Positions 27,832 to 38,132 of a stretch of 64,000 nucleotides of DNA are shown here, piece by piece. The position numbers and the translations under genes are program-made. Under the pieces are notes generated by a model. It was not told where the DNA came from. It saw only the letters and a program-made list of their open reading frames with translations, and searched no databases. The DNA comes from an uncultured Spirochaetota bacterium (lineage in GTDB: Bacteria; Spirochaetota; Brevinematia; Brevinematales; JAOACQ01): positions 736,001 through 800,000 of the forward strand of contig CAVYGN010000002.1 in NCBI GenBank assembly GCA_963768055.1. Direction: 5' to 3'. How positions within the stretch are numbered: the first letter of the stretch is position 1; each line of letters opens with the position of its first letter.

Positions 27832-28872
27832 TTAGCGCAGCTCGACAGAATCTATTTCACCGCTCGCATAAACGAAGCCTTTCCTATAAAACACAGCGAA
27901 CTGGCCGGGAGTGATATCCCTGTCCTTCTCAAGAATTATAGCGGCATGATCCTCACTCAGACTGGCCCGGCACTTGACAGGCTCGCTTTGATAACGAACG
28001 CGCACATCGTAACTGCCGGAGGTGAATTTATTGGAAAAAATATTAAGCCTGTGAACTGTAAATTTTCCTGACATGGGTTTTTCACCCAGTAAAATTGAGT
28101 TTTCGGCGCGGTTGAATTGCCTTATATAAACCCTTTCCCCGGCTGCGACGGCAAGGCCGCGCCTTTGCCCAAAACTATAAAATGGAATTCCCCTGTGACG
28201 TGATATTTTATTTCCTTTGTAAATGAAATATCCCTCTTTTTCTTTCACTCCTCTTGTTTTTAAGAATTCCCTGTAATTATCTTTAATAAAACATATGTCC
28301 TGGCTTTCTGTTTTTTGAGGTGAAATTGGAAGTCCGGCTTTCTGAATTATTCCCCGGATTTCTTTTTTTAAATAATGGCCTACGGGCAGCTTTATGAAGG
28401 GCAGCTTGTTCTTTTCAACATAAGAAAGGAAATAAGACTGGTCTTTAGAACAATCGAGTGCTTCCTGAATAAAATACTCGCCCGCATTTTCAGTTATCCG
28501 GGAGTAATGGCCTGTGGCAAAAAAATCCGCCCCCTTCGCAAGGCTGTATTCAAGCATTGCACCGAATTTGATGTACCTGTTGCAAAGCACGCAGGGATTG
28601 GGGGTCAAACCTGCCTGATAACTTTTTATGAAATTATTAATAATCCTGGCGGTAAAAACATCCCTAACATCGATTATAAGATGAGGGATACCCAGGAATG
28701 AACATACCCTTTGAGCGTCATTGATATCTTCAATACTGCAGCATTTTCGAGACCCTTCTTCCTGATAAGCTGTAAATGTGATGCCTGTCATGTTATAACC
28801 CTGCTCCTTCAATAGATAAGCGGCAGCGGAACTGTCGAGACCGCCGCTCATTCCTACATAAACATGCGGCAT
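27832..28872 (-). CDS. mnmA: tRNA 2-thiouridylase MnmA
   Basis: GMSGGLDS, TPNPCVLCN, ATGHY, KDQSYFL, ESQDICF, GQRRGL, TPGQFAVFY. Confidence 0.95.
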   Translation of the reverse strand: MPHVYVGMSGGLDSSAAAYLLKEQGYNMTGITFTAYQEEGSRKCCSIEDINDAQRVCSFLGIPHLIIDVRDVFTARIINNFIKSYQAGLTPNPCVLCNRYIKFGAMLEYSLAKGADFFATGHYSRITENAGEYFIQEALDCSKDQSYFLSYVEKNKLPFIKLPVGHYLKKEIRGIIQKAGLPISPQKTESQDICFIKDNYREFLKTRGVKEKEGYFIYKGNKISRHRGIPFYSFGQRRGLAVAAGERVYIRQFNRAENSILLGEKPMSGKFTVHRLNIFSNKFTSGSYDVRVRYQSEPVKCRASLSEDHAAIILEKDRDITPGQFAVFYRKGFVYASGEIDSVELR

Positions 28873-29451
28873 CTAAAGTTTTCTGAGCCTGTCCTTTTGA
28901 TTCTTTAAAAAATCTATTTTATCAAGATTCTTGTTTTTTGGGAAAAGGGTCAGGATATCGAAGAATTTCGTTTGTTTGGGTTTCATATTATCCTTGTTAA
29001 GTTCAATGAAATCTATTGTCTCTTTGTCGGTTATCTTGTCGATAAGTCGAACCCCGTCGCCTGAAAGGCTTAAAAGGTAGTAAGATGCTCCGACTTTTAC
29101 GATCAGGAGGTAGCTCCCCATTCCGATAAATTTCGTCATTACCGTTTCAACAAGCCTTTCATCTGCCGTAGCGGGTAATCCCCCTTTTTTTGCCAGATAA
29201 CGTATAAGGAAATATGCCGCCGCTGCAAAAACGCCTATGTAAAGAATAACCTTTATAAAAGTCCATATTGGGTTCGGCTGATTGGCTGTATTAGCCGTTT
29301 CAGCATTATTTGTAGTCCCATAGAATTGGCCTAAATATGAATTGCTGTTTGTCGATGACAAATTAATTCTATTGGTGTCATTAGTCAAAGCGAAACTGGA
29401 CAAAGCTGTAAAAATCAAAAACAAAACAGAGATTGGTAATTTTATTTTCAT
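28873..29451 (-). CDS. fliO: Flagellar biosynthesis protein FliO-like
   Basis: Signal-like N-terminus, one TM segment, LLIVKVGASYYLL..GVRLIDKITDKE, C-terminal FLKNQKDRLRKL typical of spirochaete FliO. Confidence 0.7.
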   Translation of the reverse strand: MKIKLPISVLFLIFTALSSFALTNDTNRINLSSTNSNSYLGQFYGTTNNAETANTANQPNPIWTFIKVILYIGVFAAAAYFLIRYLAKKGGLPATADERLVETVMTKFIGMGSYLLIVKVGASYYLLSLSGDGVRLIDKITDKETIDFIELNKDNMKPKQTKFFDILTLFPKNKNLDKIDFLKNQKDRLRKL

Positions 29452-29464
29452 TTGCGCATCTCCG

Positions 29465-30370
29465 TTAAAATCCTATATTGATAATTGGCATGAATCCTAC
29501 CCAGCCCTCTTTTACCGTATTGATCAATCCGATCTGGACCCCGCTGAGCGTCCTTGCGCTGTTGATCAATCCGATCTGGGCCCCTTTTACACTATCGGCG
29601 TGATTTATAAGGCCTACCTGAATGCCGTAAATGTTTTTATCGACTGTATTTATCAAGCCGACCTGGCAGCCCCCCATGTATGAAACCTCGTTCAATACCG
29701 GGCCCACCTGAATACCGTATATTGCAAAATCATAGCCTGAAATAACATTAATGCCCACACCTCCAATTGAAAAACTTTCCGGGACAAGGGCTATTCCCCT
29801 CACAAAAGAGAACTGTATCGGAAAGAAACCAGGTTTTCGAGGGGGTTTTACTTCCGAACCCGTTTCAGTGTTTGTTACTGAAGTATTCACTTCATCCTGG
29901 TTTTCTCCTTTAGATTTTTTTATGATTTCGTCAATTGCCGATGGGATGTTTTCACTTATATAACCGATGCTGTCTCCCTTGATCTCCTGATATATTTCGA
30001 TCGTTCCGGTGGAAATGTCGATTATTTTAATAAGAAGCTGGTATTCCTTATCGATCTTGAAAAGCGACCCCATGATTAACTTGTTCGCACCCGCTATGCT
30101 GCCGATCCGTGTAGCGTCGTTTTCGGCGATGCCTGCAGATTGAAGTTTCTGTTCATCGAGGATTTTATTCAATTGGGCCCTTTCGACAACTATATAAGTC
30201 TTCCGGTTGACAAGGGTATTCTGGATAATTTCAGAAAAACTGGTTGTATCGATGTCTTCCCCCTTGACGCGTGAATCGATGCCCAGGACTGCTATCTTTG
30301 TCGAAGGGTCCCAGCTGAAAGCAATGGAGCAAATAAAAATTAAGAATAAAGCTGCTGCTGTTCTAGACAT
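29465..30370 (-). CDS. CsgG/FlgO-like domain fused to LA_2272-type GxQxGLxN repeats
   Basis: KIAVL..VVERAQLNKILDEQKLQ..IGSIAGANKLIMGS; C-terminal GxQ(V/I)GLIN repeats; ends in Phe. Confidence 0.75.
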   Translation of the reverse strand: MSRTAAALFLIFICSIAFSWDPSTKIAVLGIDSRVKGEDIDTTSFSEIIQNTLVNRKTYIVVERAQLNKILDEQKLQSAGIAENDATRIGSIAGANKLIMGSLFKIDKEYQLLIKIIDISTGTIEIYQEIKGDSIGYISENIPSAIDEIIKKSKGENQDEVNTSVTNTETGSEVKPPRKPGFFPIQFSFVRGIALVPESFSIGGVGINVISGYDFAIYGIQVGPVLNEVSYMGGCQVGLINTVDKNIYGIQVGLINHADSVKGAQIGLINSARTLSGVQIGLINTVKEGWVGFMPIINIGF

Positions 30371-30418
30371 ATTAACCTCGCAAATTAACTTTTATAATAT
30401 CATTATTTTATGGATAAA

Positions 30419-31525
30419 TCAAGTATGGCTTGAGGATTTCCAGGCCTTATAATATTGCTTTATTATGTTTAAAAGAATGTCTATGTTCATGTTTTTTTCA
30501 GCGGAAATATAGAGGCGGTCCGGGTAATTTAAACGGAATTCAAGTAATTTTTCCGGCGTCAGCAGATCTATTTTATTATAACAGTCCACAACCGGTATCG
30601 AAAATGCCCCTATTTCCGAGAGGGTATTTTTAACGACTTCCTGTTTTTCATTAAAGTCATGTGACGATATATCGATCAAATGGATTAACAGGTCTGCTAT
30701 TACCGTATCCTCGAGAGTCGACTTGAAACTTTCAATAAGACCATGAGGAATGTCCCGGATAAATCCAACTGTGTCGGTTATTACAGCTTTAGCTGTTTTT
30801 CCGTCGACAATACCAAGCCAGAGTTTTCTTGTAGTGGTGTCAAGGGTAGCGAAAAGTTTGTTTTCTACTAAAACGTCGGCTCTTGTAAGCCTTCGAAGAA
30901 GGGTTGATTTTCCCGAATTGGTATACCCTATAATGGCTATCTTAAACTCTCCCTCTACCCTGCTTTTTCTCTGTTCTTTTCTTCCCTTATCGAAAAGCTC
31001 AAGTTTTTTTTTGATAATAAAGATTTTCCTTTGGATAAGCCTTCTGTCTAGTTCCAGCTGTTGTTCGCCTGGGCCGCGCGTGCCGATTCCTCCCCCCAGC
31101 CTTGACATGGACAGCCCCTTGCCTGTTATACGTGGAAGTTCATATAAAAGCTGGGCCAGTTCGACCTGGAGCCTTGAGAGGTTTGAAGAGGCATGAAGCG
31201 CGAAAATATCAAGGATAAGTTCAGTCCTGGTAATGATTTTTAAATCCAGAGCCTTTTCAAGGTTGCGGATTTGGGTGGGTGAAAGCTCATGATCGAATAT
31301 AAGAAGTGTGACACCTTTTACAGTATATTTTAATTTTATTTCCTCTACTTTTCCCTTTCCGATAAAATATTTGGGATCGATCCCCTTTCTTTTCTGGATG
31401 ATTGTATCTAATACGAAGGCTCCGGCGGTCTCTGAAAGTTCTCTTAATTCCTCCAGCGATTCGTTTATCCTGAAAAAGGAATCAAAAGGCAGCAGAACAC
31501 CTATCAGTACAGCGTTTTCTATCAT
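30419..31525 (-). CDS. hflX: GTPase HflX
   Basis: IGKGKVEE, LILDIFA, GIGTRGPGEQQLE, GYTNSGKST, LFATLD, DTVGFI. Confidence 0.96.
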   Translation of the reverse strand: MIENAVLIGVLLPFDSFFRINESLEELRELSETAGAFVLDTIIQKRKGIDPKYFIGKGKVEEIKLKYTVKGVTLLIFDHELSPTQIRNLEKALDLKIITRTELILDIFALHASSNLSRLQVELAQLLYELPRITGKGLSMSRLGGGIGTRGPGEQQLELDRRLIQRKIFIIKKKLELFDKGRKEQRKSRVEGEFKIAIIGYTNSGKSTLLRRLTRADVLVENKLFATLDTTTRKLWLGIVDGKTAKAVITDTVGFIRDIPHGLIESFKSTLEDTVIADLLIHLIDISSHDFNEKQEVVKNTLSEIGAFSIPVVDCYNKIDLLTPEKLLEFRLNYPDRLYISAEKNMNIDILLNIIKQYYKAWKSSSHT

Positions 31526-33357
31526 TATTCCTTCAATAAAAGTATTAGCTCTTTAATCGATTTGATGGTTTCATAACTTTTCAAAAGCCCGCTCAAATAC
31601 CTGGAATTTTTAAGACCCCCTATTGTCCGTATATTTCGAAGATATTTCGGGGGCTTCGTGTCTATATCGTTATATAATTTTGTCAATATGTCAGTTATAA
31701 GCGAAAAATTGGGATAAAATTCATCGAAGAGCTCTTTTGCTTTCGTGTTTGCGTAAGCGGTATTTCTTTCCAGGGTTTTCCTCGTTTCAATCTGATTTCC
31801 TTCTTTTTTCAATAAAAGGCTCGATATTTTTTTACCGGTAACTCCCTCATCTTTCATGTCAAAAATAAAGTCCCGAAGTTTTTCCTCGAATTTGTCAAGG
31901 GAATAAAAGGTATCCGATACGGTCTTCTGAAAGAACTTTTCTATAAACAAACCGTTTGTAACCGTGAGGTTGAGGATGCTTTTCATTGTCTCATCATAGA
32001 TCGTATTGAGGAATGTGTTAATGATCCCAAGGTGATAGCAGTAAATAAAACCTATCAGACCCAGTTCTTCGATTTTAGCGGAAGTTTCGATGCTGTATAC
32101 TCCCGCCCATTTAAAGACCGTAAATATTTTTTTTACATGAATATCTATCTTTTTTGTCCTTTTCTCTTTCATTATAAATGCCGCGATAAAATTTATCCTC
32201 TCTTCGAAAATTTCGCAATATAATTTATAAATATCGTAATTTGTATGCATTATAACAGGGGTATAAAGAGGGTCTCTTTTTATCAGCTGGAGCAGCTGTG
32301 TGAAATAATTTTTGGTCAAAAGGTCTTTGAGTGCGTCGAAACATTGATAGAATTCGTTTTCAATCCTTTCCCTGACGGACGAATCATTATCATTGTTCAT
32401 TTTCCCCTCTTCGATTATCAGGGAAGGTTCCGATGTCATCGCCATGAAGGATGATACATCGAAAAGGTTTTTAAAGATAAGAACATTGTCAAGGTTCAGG
32501 TCGATCTGAAGTAAAATATCCTCGAGATCGGACAGATAAGGCAGAAGCGCTTCGGCGGCGATATCGTTAAACGCCGGGCTTACTCCCGGGTTGTACTGCG
32601 GGTCGAATCTTTTAAACAATGAAATAAAATCGTATTCGGTCAAATTTTTGATGTACATAAGATTTGTATATATTTTATTGGCAGCTTCGGTGGATTTTTT
32701 ATCCAGAGAAGCCAGATAAGCCTTAATTGAATTTTCAACAGCGTTTCCCGCTTTCATGCTGCTTTCGAAGTCGGCTATGATCCTGCCGATACCCTGGTAG
32801 GAAAAATTGCTGTCTACCTCTTTTGAATTGATGTCCATTATTTTTTCAAATAAAAGTTCAAGCCCTGTTTTATGGATCTGCTCCGGGTTGTCCCAGGATT
32901 CAGAATTTAAAGGCTGCTCCATGACTTTTTTAAGGGCTAATATTTTCAAATAAACGTCATGAAGTTTATAAGCAAAAAACTTTGTAATCCTTTGAGTCGA
33001 TGAGTTAAAAACCGACGGCTTGTATTTATTCAGGCTTTTTTCTATATTCTTTAAGGCTTTATTGAGTCTGTAATTGTAAACTCCTTGCCTGCTGAAAAAA
33101 GACAGGAAAACAATATAAATTTTTTCGAAAAAGTTCAGTTCGACATAAAACTCCTTTTTTTCAAAAGGTTTTGCATTTGAGCTCAATTGCTCCTGGGGAA
33201 AGGGGGGCTCCTCTACCTCAGGCTGGTGCCTGTTTATATCTTTCTGTATCTTTTCCTTTTCCTCGCTTGATAACTGCAGGGCTTTCGGGTCGAAAACTTT
33301 ATCGTTAAATAATCCCTTTTTTTTAGCCTGGTCTACGGAATTTTGGTCATATGACAT
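31525..33357 (-). CDS. Conserved helical hypothetical protein (DUF5312-like, tentative)
   Basis: 610-aa ORF translationally coupled to its neighbours; family call from recalled similarity only. Confidence 0.55.
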   Translation of the reverse strand: MSYDQNSVDQAKKKGLFNDKVFDPKALQLSSEEKEKIQKDINRHQPEVEEPPFPQEQLSSNAKPFEKKEFYVELNFFEKIYIVFLSFFSRQGVYNYRLNKALKNIEKSLNKYKPSVFNSSTQRITKFFAYKLHDVYLKILALKKVMEQPLNSESWDNPEQIHKTGLELLFEKIMDINSKEVDSNFSYQGIGRIIADFESSMKAGNAVENSIKAYLASLDKKSTEAANKIYTNLMYIKNLTEYDFISLFKRFDPQYNPGVSPAFNDIAAEALLPYLSDLEDILLQIDLNLDNVLIFKNLFDVSSFMAMTSEPSLIIEEGKMNNDNDSSVRERIENEFYQCFDALKDLLTKNYFTQLLQLIKRDPLYTPVIMHTNYDIYKLYCEIFEERINFIAAFIMKEKRTKKIDIHVKKIFTVFKWAGVYSIETSAKIEELGLIGFIYCYHLGIINTFLNTIYDETMKSILNLTVTNGLFIEKFFQKTVSDTFYSLDKFEEKLRDFIFDMKDEGVTGKKISSLLLKKEGNQIETRKTLERNTAYANTKAKELFDEFYPNFSLITDILTKLYNDIDTKPPKYLRNIRTIGGLKNSRYLSGLLKSYETIKSIKELILLLKE

Positions 33358-33358
33358 G

Positions 33359-34375
33359 CTATCCTATTTCCTCTTCCTGTATTCCGGCATTAATCGGTTT
33401 TAAACAATTTTCTCCGCTGGTTTGATATATGGATGTTCCCTCATTGTCTTTTTTTAAAAATTTAATGTTATCGACGGGATATTTTTTTTGATGATGGTTT
33501 TCATCGCAGACATAAACCTCCCTCTTAATTATATTATGGGAGGAAACGGTATAATTTTTATTACCGTCTGCGACGATTGAACCTATTAAGGGATATTCTT
33601 TCTTTTCTTCATTATAAAATTGTGCCTCGTAAGAAAGGCAGCACATCAGCCTTCCGCAGGAACCGGTTAATTTGCTTGAATTAACAACGAATCCCTGGTC
33701 TTTAGCCATTTTCAGGTATATGGAATTGATGTGGCAGTTGGTGCGCAGGCAGCAATTCACAATTCCGCAAACCCCGTAGCTTCCGATAATCTTTGCCGCA
33801 TCCCTGACGCCTATCTGGCGCATTTCAATTCTTGTTTTAAAGATTCCGGCCAGTTTTTTTACAAGTTGGCGAAAATCGATCCTATTGTCGGCGGTAAAAT
33901 TAAAAATGATCTTCTTTTTTTGAAAAAGAAAATGGACGTTAATCAATTTCATATCAAGTTTCAAATCGCAGATTTCTTTTTTGGCGATCTGGAAGGCCCT
34001 TTTTTCTTCTTCACGGAAGGATTGCCAGGATTTCAATTCTTCCTCGGAGACAAGTTTAATGATCCTGAAATTTTCTATCTGTTCTTTATCTATCTCAACC
34101 GGTATATGTTCGTCCCTGGTTTCCAGGATTGACTTATCGTCGATTTCTATTCCGCCGATATCGGTTTCTCCCGAATGATCCTGAACCGGTTTTTTAACGA
34201 AAAACTTATCCCTGGTGATATCCTTGATGCTTGAAGTCGCAAGTCCGATATCCTCTCCGAATTTAGTGTTTACCAGGTAGTAGTTGTTAGGGGCGACGGT
34301 TAAACCTTCGGCCGCAAGGTAAGGCAGGATCATATTATCGAAGTATGTCTTTATATATGCAGCTTTATATATCAT
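33359..34375 (-). CDS. PSP1 domain / RicT (YaaT)-like protein
   Basis: FTADNRIDFRQLVKKLA, RIEMRQIGVRD, KMAKDQ, KLTGSCGRLMCCLSYE. Confidence 0.9.
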   Translation of the reverse strand: MIYKAAYIKTYFDNMILPYLAAEGLTVAPNNYYLVNTKFGEDIGLATSSIKDITRDKFFVKKPVQDHSGETDIGGIEIDDKSILETRDEHIPVEIDKEQIENFRIIKLVSEEELKSWQSFREEEKRAFQIAKKEICDLKLDMKLINVHFLFQKKKIIFNFTADNRIDFRQLVKKLAGIFKTRIEMRQIGVRDAAKIIGSYGVCGIVNCCLRTNCHINSIYLKMAKDQGFVVNSSKLTGSCGRLMCCLSYEAQFYNEEKKEYPLIGSIVADGNKNYTVSSHNIIKREVYVCDENHHQKKYPVDNIKFLKKDNEGTSIYQTSGENCLKPINAGIQEEEIG

Positions 34376-34559
34376 ATTATTTTTATCTCCTGTTCGAAAT
34401 TGTGAATAAAATTATTAATTTGTTGATTATTATATAATTATTTTTTAAACTCATCAATAAATTTAAACTTATGGTATATGAATATATTTAAAAATACAAG
34501 CCTTTACACGGATTATTCAACTGAATAATAGGGATTAATCAGTTATTTATGAAGGAACC

Positions 34560-35309
34560 ATGGATCGGAATTTTAAAGATAAAAGAGTTTTCGATATATT
34601 TAATACTCTTTTTTACAGATACGGCCATCAAAACTGGTGGCCGATTGTAGTAAACGGGCGCTGCTTGTATCTTGATGATTACAGATCAAGGGAAAGAACT
34701 GCTGATGAGATATTTGAGATTATGGTCGGTTCAATTCTGACTCAGAATACATCCTGGGAAAACGCAGCTAAAGCCGTATCGAAGATGAAAGAAAACAATT
34801 TAATGAACATGGAATCAATTATGGCGATTAAAATTGCGGAATTGGCTTCCGTCATTAAAGGTTCCGGGTACTTTAATCAAAAGTCGAGAAAAATAGTCGC
34901 CCTGGTAAATTTTCTTAATAGTGTTTCAGGGGGTATCGAGGCAATAAGGAGCATACCCCTCAAAGATGCGAGGAATATGCTTTTATCGGTTTGGGGGATT
35001 GGAAAGGAAACGGCGGATTCAATACTTCTTTACGGATTTTATTTTATGATATTCGTAGTAGATGCTTATACATTGAGGATATTTTCAAGGATAGGTGTTA
35101 AAACTGCTGAGAAAGGATATGACGCACTCCAGCGCCATATCATAAAAAACATTGACTCCGATACTCTTATATACAGGGATTTTCATGCCTTGCTGGTTTT
35201 ATTGGGCAAAACTGTTTGCCGGAAAAAACCTCTTTGCGGTATTTGCGTTTTATATTTTTTGTGCCATTTTGCGAAAATTTATACGGGTTTCGCACAAAAA
35301 CGCACGTAG
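34560..35309 (+). CDS. Endonuclease III-related HhH-GPD DNA glycosylase
   Basis: YGHQNWWP, ILTQNTSW, GIGKETADSILLY, VVDAYT, C-terminal 4-Cys Fe-S motif. Confidence 0.9.
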   Translation: MDRNFKDKRVFDIFNTLFYRYGHQNWWPIVVNGRCLYLDDYRSRERTADEIFEIMVGSILTQNTSWENAAKAVSKMKENNLMNMESIMAIKIAELASVIKGSGYFNQKSRKIVALVNFLNSVSGGIEAIRSIPLKDARNMLLSVWGIGKETADSILLYGFYFMIFVVDAYTLRIFSRIGVKTAEKGYDALQRHIIKNIDSDTLIYRDFHALLVLLGKTVCRKKPLCGICVLYFLCHFAKIYTGFAQKRT

Positions 35310-35359
35310 TTACGCACATTTCCGGTTTATTACGGAATTATCGTTGGGGAGATGCGTTC

Positions 35360-36235
35360 ATGGCCTGCAGGATTTGCGGGAACAATTTTATCATAAAAAA
35401 ATATATGATCGGCAGGTTTGATCCTCCGTTGATTATTTCTGAATGCAAGCTATGCAGATTTTTATTTCAGGAAACGGATATTGAAACAGCTTATTCTTAT
35501 TATGATAGCGGTTATTACGATGGACAAAGTTTTTATTCCTATATGGACGAGAGGAAAGAAGAGGCTGCTTGCAGGGTTGTATGGAAAAAGCGGTTTTTAA
35601 AGTGGATAAAATGGGATAGAACGGGTGTTAAAAATGGAAATTTTCTTGATGTGGGCTGTTCTTTCGGGGGGCTCATGAAGGTTGCGGAGGAAAACGGATA
35701 TCATTCCAACGGAATAGAAGTTTCTGTTTATTCAGGGGAGTATTCAAAAAAAAGGTTCGGAGAGGATTCGGTTTATATAGGCAATGTCGAGGATGTAAAA
35801 CTTCCCGAAAATAAATATTCGATTGTAAGTTTCATCGAAGTCATTGAACATATTTACGATGTTAGAAAAGCATTGAAGAATATTTACTCTTCTATGAAAA
35901 AAGGGGGGGTGATAATTATACAAACAGCCGATATGGACGGTTTGCAGGCAAGATTCCACGGAGACGCTTACAACTATTTTCTTCCCGGGCATCTGTCATA
36001 TTTTTCAAGGGCAAATCTTTTGGCATTACTGGAATCTTCCGGCTATAAAAATATAAAATTTATTGGAGGTGTTGAATTCGGCTTGCTTCCAAAATTAATC
36101 AAATCGGGATATGGGTTTAAAAAATGGACAGATTATTTAAGATGGTTTAAAATTTCAATATATCATCTTATGAGTAAGATTGCAATTGGAAGGCTGCATT
36201 TGACAAGTTCCATGGTCATGGCAGCCTGGAAGTGA
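35360..36235 (+). CDS. Class I SAM-dependent methyltransferase with N-terminal Zn-ribbon
   Basis: CRIC..CKLC, FLDVGCSFG, EVIEHI, PGHLSYF; start after GGGGAG. Confidence 0.88.
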   Translation: MACRICGNNFIIKKYMIGRFDPPLIISECKLCRFLFQETDIETAYSYYDSGYYDGQSFYSYMDERKEEAACRVVWKKRFLKWIKWDRTGVKNGNFLDVGCSFGGLMKVAEENGYHSNGIEVSVYSGEYSKKRFGEDSVYIGNVEDVKLPENKYSIVSFIEVIEHIYDVRKALKNIYSSMKKGGVIIIQTADMDGLQARFHGDAYNYFLPGHLSYFSRANLLALLESSGYKNIKFIGGVEFGLLPKLIKSGYGFKKWTDYLRWFKISIYHLMSKIAIGRLHLTSSMVMAAWK

Positions 36236-37062
36236 GTAATATAGTTAAAGAAGGCAAAGTGGAAATAGTAAAGAAAAATATAGGTTTTGTTTACATATCA
36301 TTGATAGTTCATTTCTATATCATATTGATAATATTAATATCTTTCGATAAGGATTTTCTAGTATCCATGTTCAATCCGGTCATTCTAAGGCCTCAGGAAA
36401 GCGAAGAAACAACAATAGTCGATACAATTACGGAATCCGAGACAAAACCTTTAAAAGGCGTAGTTTCGGATAAACCTAATATTAATTCAGCTGAAAAGCT
36501 CGGAGAAGATAAATACAATTTTCTCAACCCGGATATGAAACTTAGTCCTTATCAGGGAAATAACAGCGGAAAAAGCATTGTCGATTCGTCAAAAAAAAAC
36601 GCTTCCGGCGAGGATTCCATCCAGCTTGAACGTTTAAAGGGGAGAAACACAATGCCTCTCGATAGCGGAGATTACCATACGACATATTTTGACCCGGATA
36701 AACCCCCTGATGTCGAAATGGATAACCTGGGAGATATATCTCTTGCCACAATTCCGGAATCCTACGCCCCGTATTTTCTCAGCATGGAGAAAAAAGTTGG
36801 TGAAAAATGGCAGATGTTTTTCCCGATATTTCAATTTTACGAAGGGATCATTAAAAGCGGAGAGGTAGTTGTCAGTTTCTGGGTCGATGAAAACGGTAAC
36901 GTCATAAACCCTGTAGTTAAAAGATCTTATGGATACAGTATTTTGGATTCTGCTTGTGTCAACGCCATTTATTATTCTAAAAATTTCGGACCGCTGCCTG
37001 AAAGCATTAGAAAAAACAAGATCATTAAAGTCGATTTTAAATTCATATACACATCAAGGTAA
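36232..37062 (+). CDS. TonB C-terminal domain protein
   Basis: N-terminal TM segment with SLIVH; GEVVVSFWVDENGNV..RSYGYSILD..FGPLP. Confidence 0.8.
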   Translation: MSNIVKEGKVEIVKKNIGFVYISLIVHFYIILIILISFDKDFLVSMFNPVILRPQESEETTIVDTITESETKPLKGVVSDKPNINSAEKLGEDKYNFLNPDMKLSPYQGNNSGKSIVDSSKKNASGEDSIQLERLKGRNTMPLDSGDYHTTYFDPDKPPDVEMDNLGDISLATIPESYAPYFLSMEKKVGEKWQMFFPIFQFYEGIIKSGEVVVSFWVDENGNVINPVVKRSYGYSILDSACVNAIYYSKNFGPLPESIRKNKIIKVDFKFIYTSR

Positions 37063-37074
37063 TCTGTGATTGTC

Positions 37075-37103
37075 TTGAATTTTTTTCTGAAGATCTTTAT
37101 AAT
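37075..37103 (+). promoter_or_regulatory. sigma70 promoter for the Gld-type ABC operon
   Basis: TTGAAT-N17-TATAAT. Confidence 0.55.
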
Positions 37104-37195
37104 ACTTCTTTGAATTTAATGGCAGTTGTTGCCGTCTGCCGTATAATTTCATACGGCGCAAGTAATAATACATTATCAAATCGAAAGGAGTTTGT

Positions 37196-38131
37196 ATGAT
37201 TTCTGTGCGGGGATTAAAAAAATTTTACGGCGATGTCAAGGCTGTTAACGGTGTCGATTTCGATATTCAGAAGGGTGAGATCGTTGGTTTATTAGGGCCT
37301 AATGGGGCCGGTAAAACTACAACTCTTCGGATGATCACGGGTTATTTAACCCCTACTGACGGGGAAGTGAATATCGATAATATGAATATAATGGATAATT
37401 TAAGCAGAATAAAAAAAATTATAGGCTATCTCCCTGAATCAGCTCCTCTATATGATGATATGGTCGCTTATGATTATCTTGAATTCATTGCCAGGATACA
37501 GGAAGTCGGAGAGGGCGAAATCCGGGGAAGGATACATTATGTATCGGATAAATGCGGTCTCGATCCTGTTATAAACAAGAAAATATCAGAGCTGTCGAAG
37601 GGTTTTAAGCAAAGAGTGGGTCTTGCGCATGCCATTATTCATGATCCGGCCATTCTCATCCTGGATGAACCGACCAGCGGTCTGGATCCCAATCAAATAG
37701 TCGAAATAAGGGAATTGATCAAGGAGCTCGGGCGTGAAAAAACCGTCATACTTTCAACCCATATATTAAGTGAAGTGGAAGCATCCTGCAACAGGGTCAT
37801 CATAATAAACAAGGGCAATATCATTAAAGATGAAACCACAGCGAACCTGATTGCGGACGCCGGAACGTCGGACGTTGTTACCCTTCAGATTAAAACTTCG
37901 GCAGCTAAAAAAGCGATTGAAAAACACCTTTCTATTGAAGGGGTCGTTAAAATTGAGGTTACGGATGGCTCGAAAGGGATTAAGGACATACTGGTTTATT
38001 CAGTTCCGGGACATGATTTAAGAGAGTCGATCTATAAAAAAATCAAAGAGAGCGATTGGTCGCTTATTGAAATGAAAAGAGAACGGCAGACGCTTGAGAG
38101 TATATTCCAGGAATTGACGAAGGAGGCTTAA
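37196..38131 (+). CDS. ABC transporter ATP-binding protein (GldA-like)
   Basis: GPNGAGKTT, LSKGFKQRVGLA, LDEPTSGLDPNQ, STHILSEVEA. Confidence 0.93.
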   Translation: MISVRGLKKFYGDVKAVNGVDFDIQKGEIVGLLGPNGAGKTTTLRMITGYLTPTDGEVNIDNMNIMDNLSRIKKIIGYLPESAPLYDDMVAYDYLEFIARIQEVGEGEIRGRIHYVSDKCGLDPVINKKISELSKGFKQRVGLAHAIIHDPAILILDEPTSGLDPNQIVEIRELIKELGREKTVILSTHILSEVEASCNRVIIINKGNIIKDETTANLIADAGTSDVVTLQIKTSAAKKAIEKHLSIEGVVKIEVTDGSKGIKDILVYSVPGHDLRESIYKKIKESDWSLIEMKRERQTLESIFQELTKEA

Positions 38132-38132
38132 A

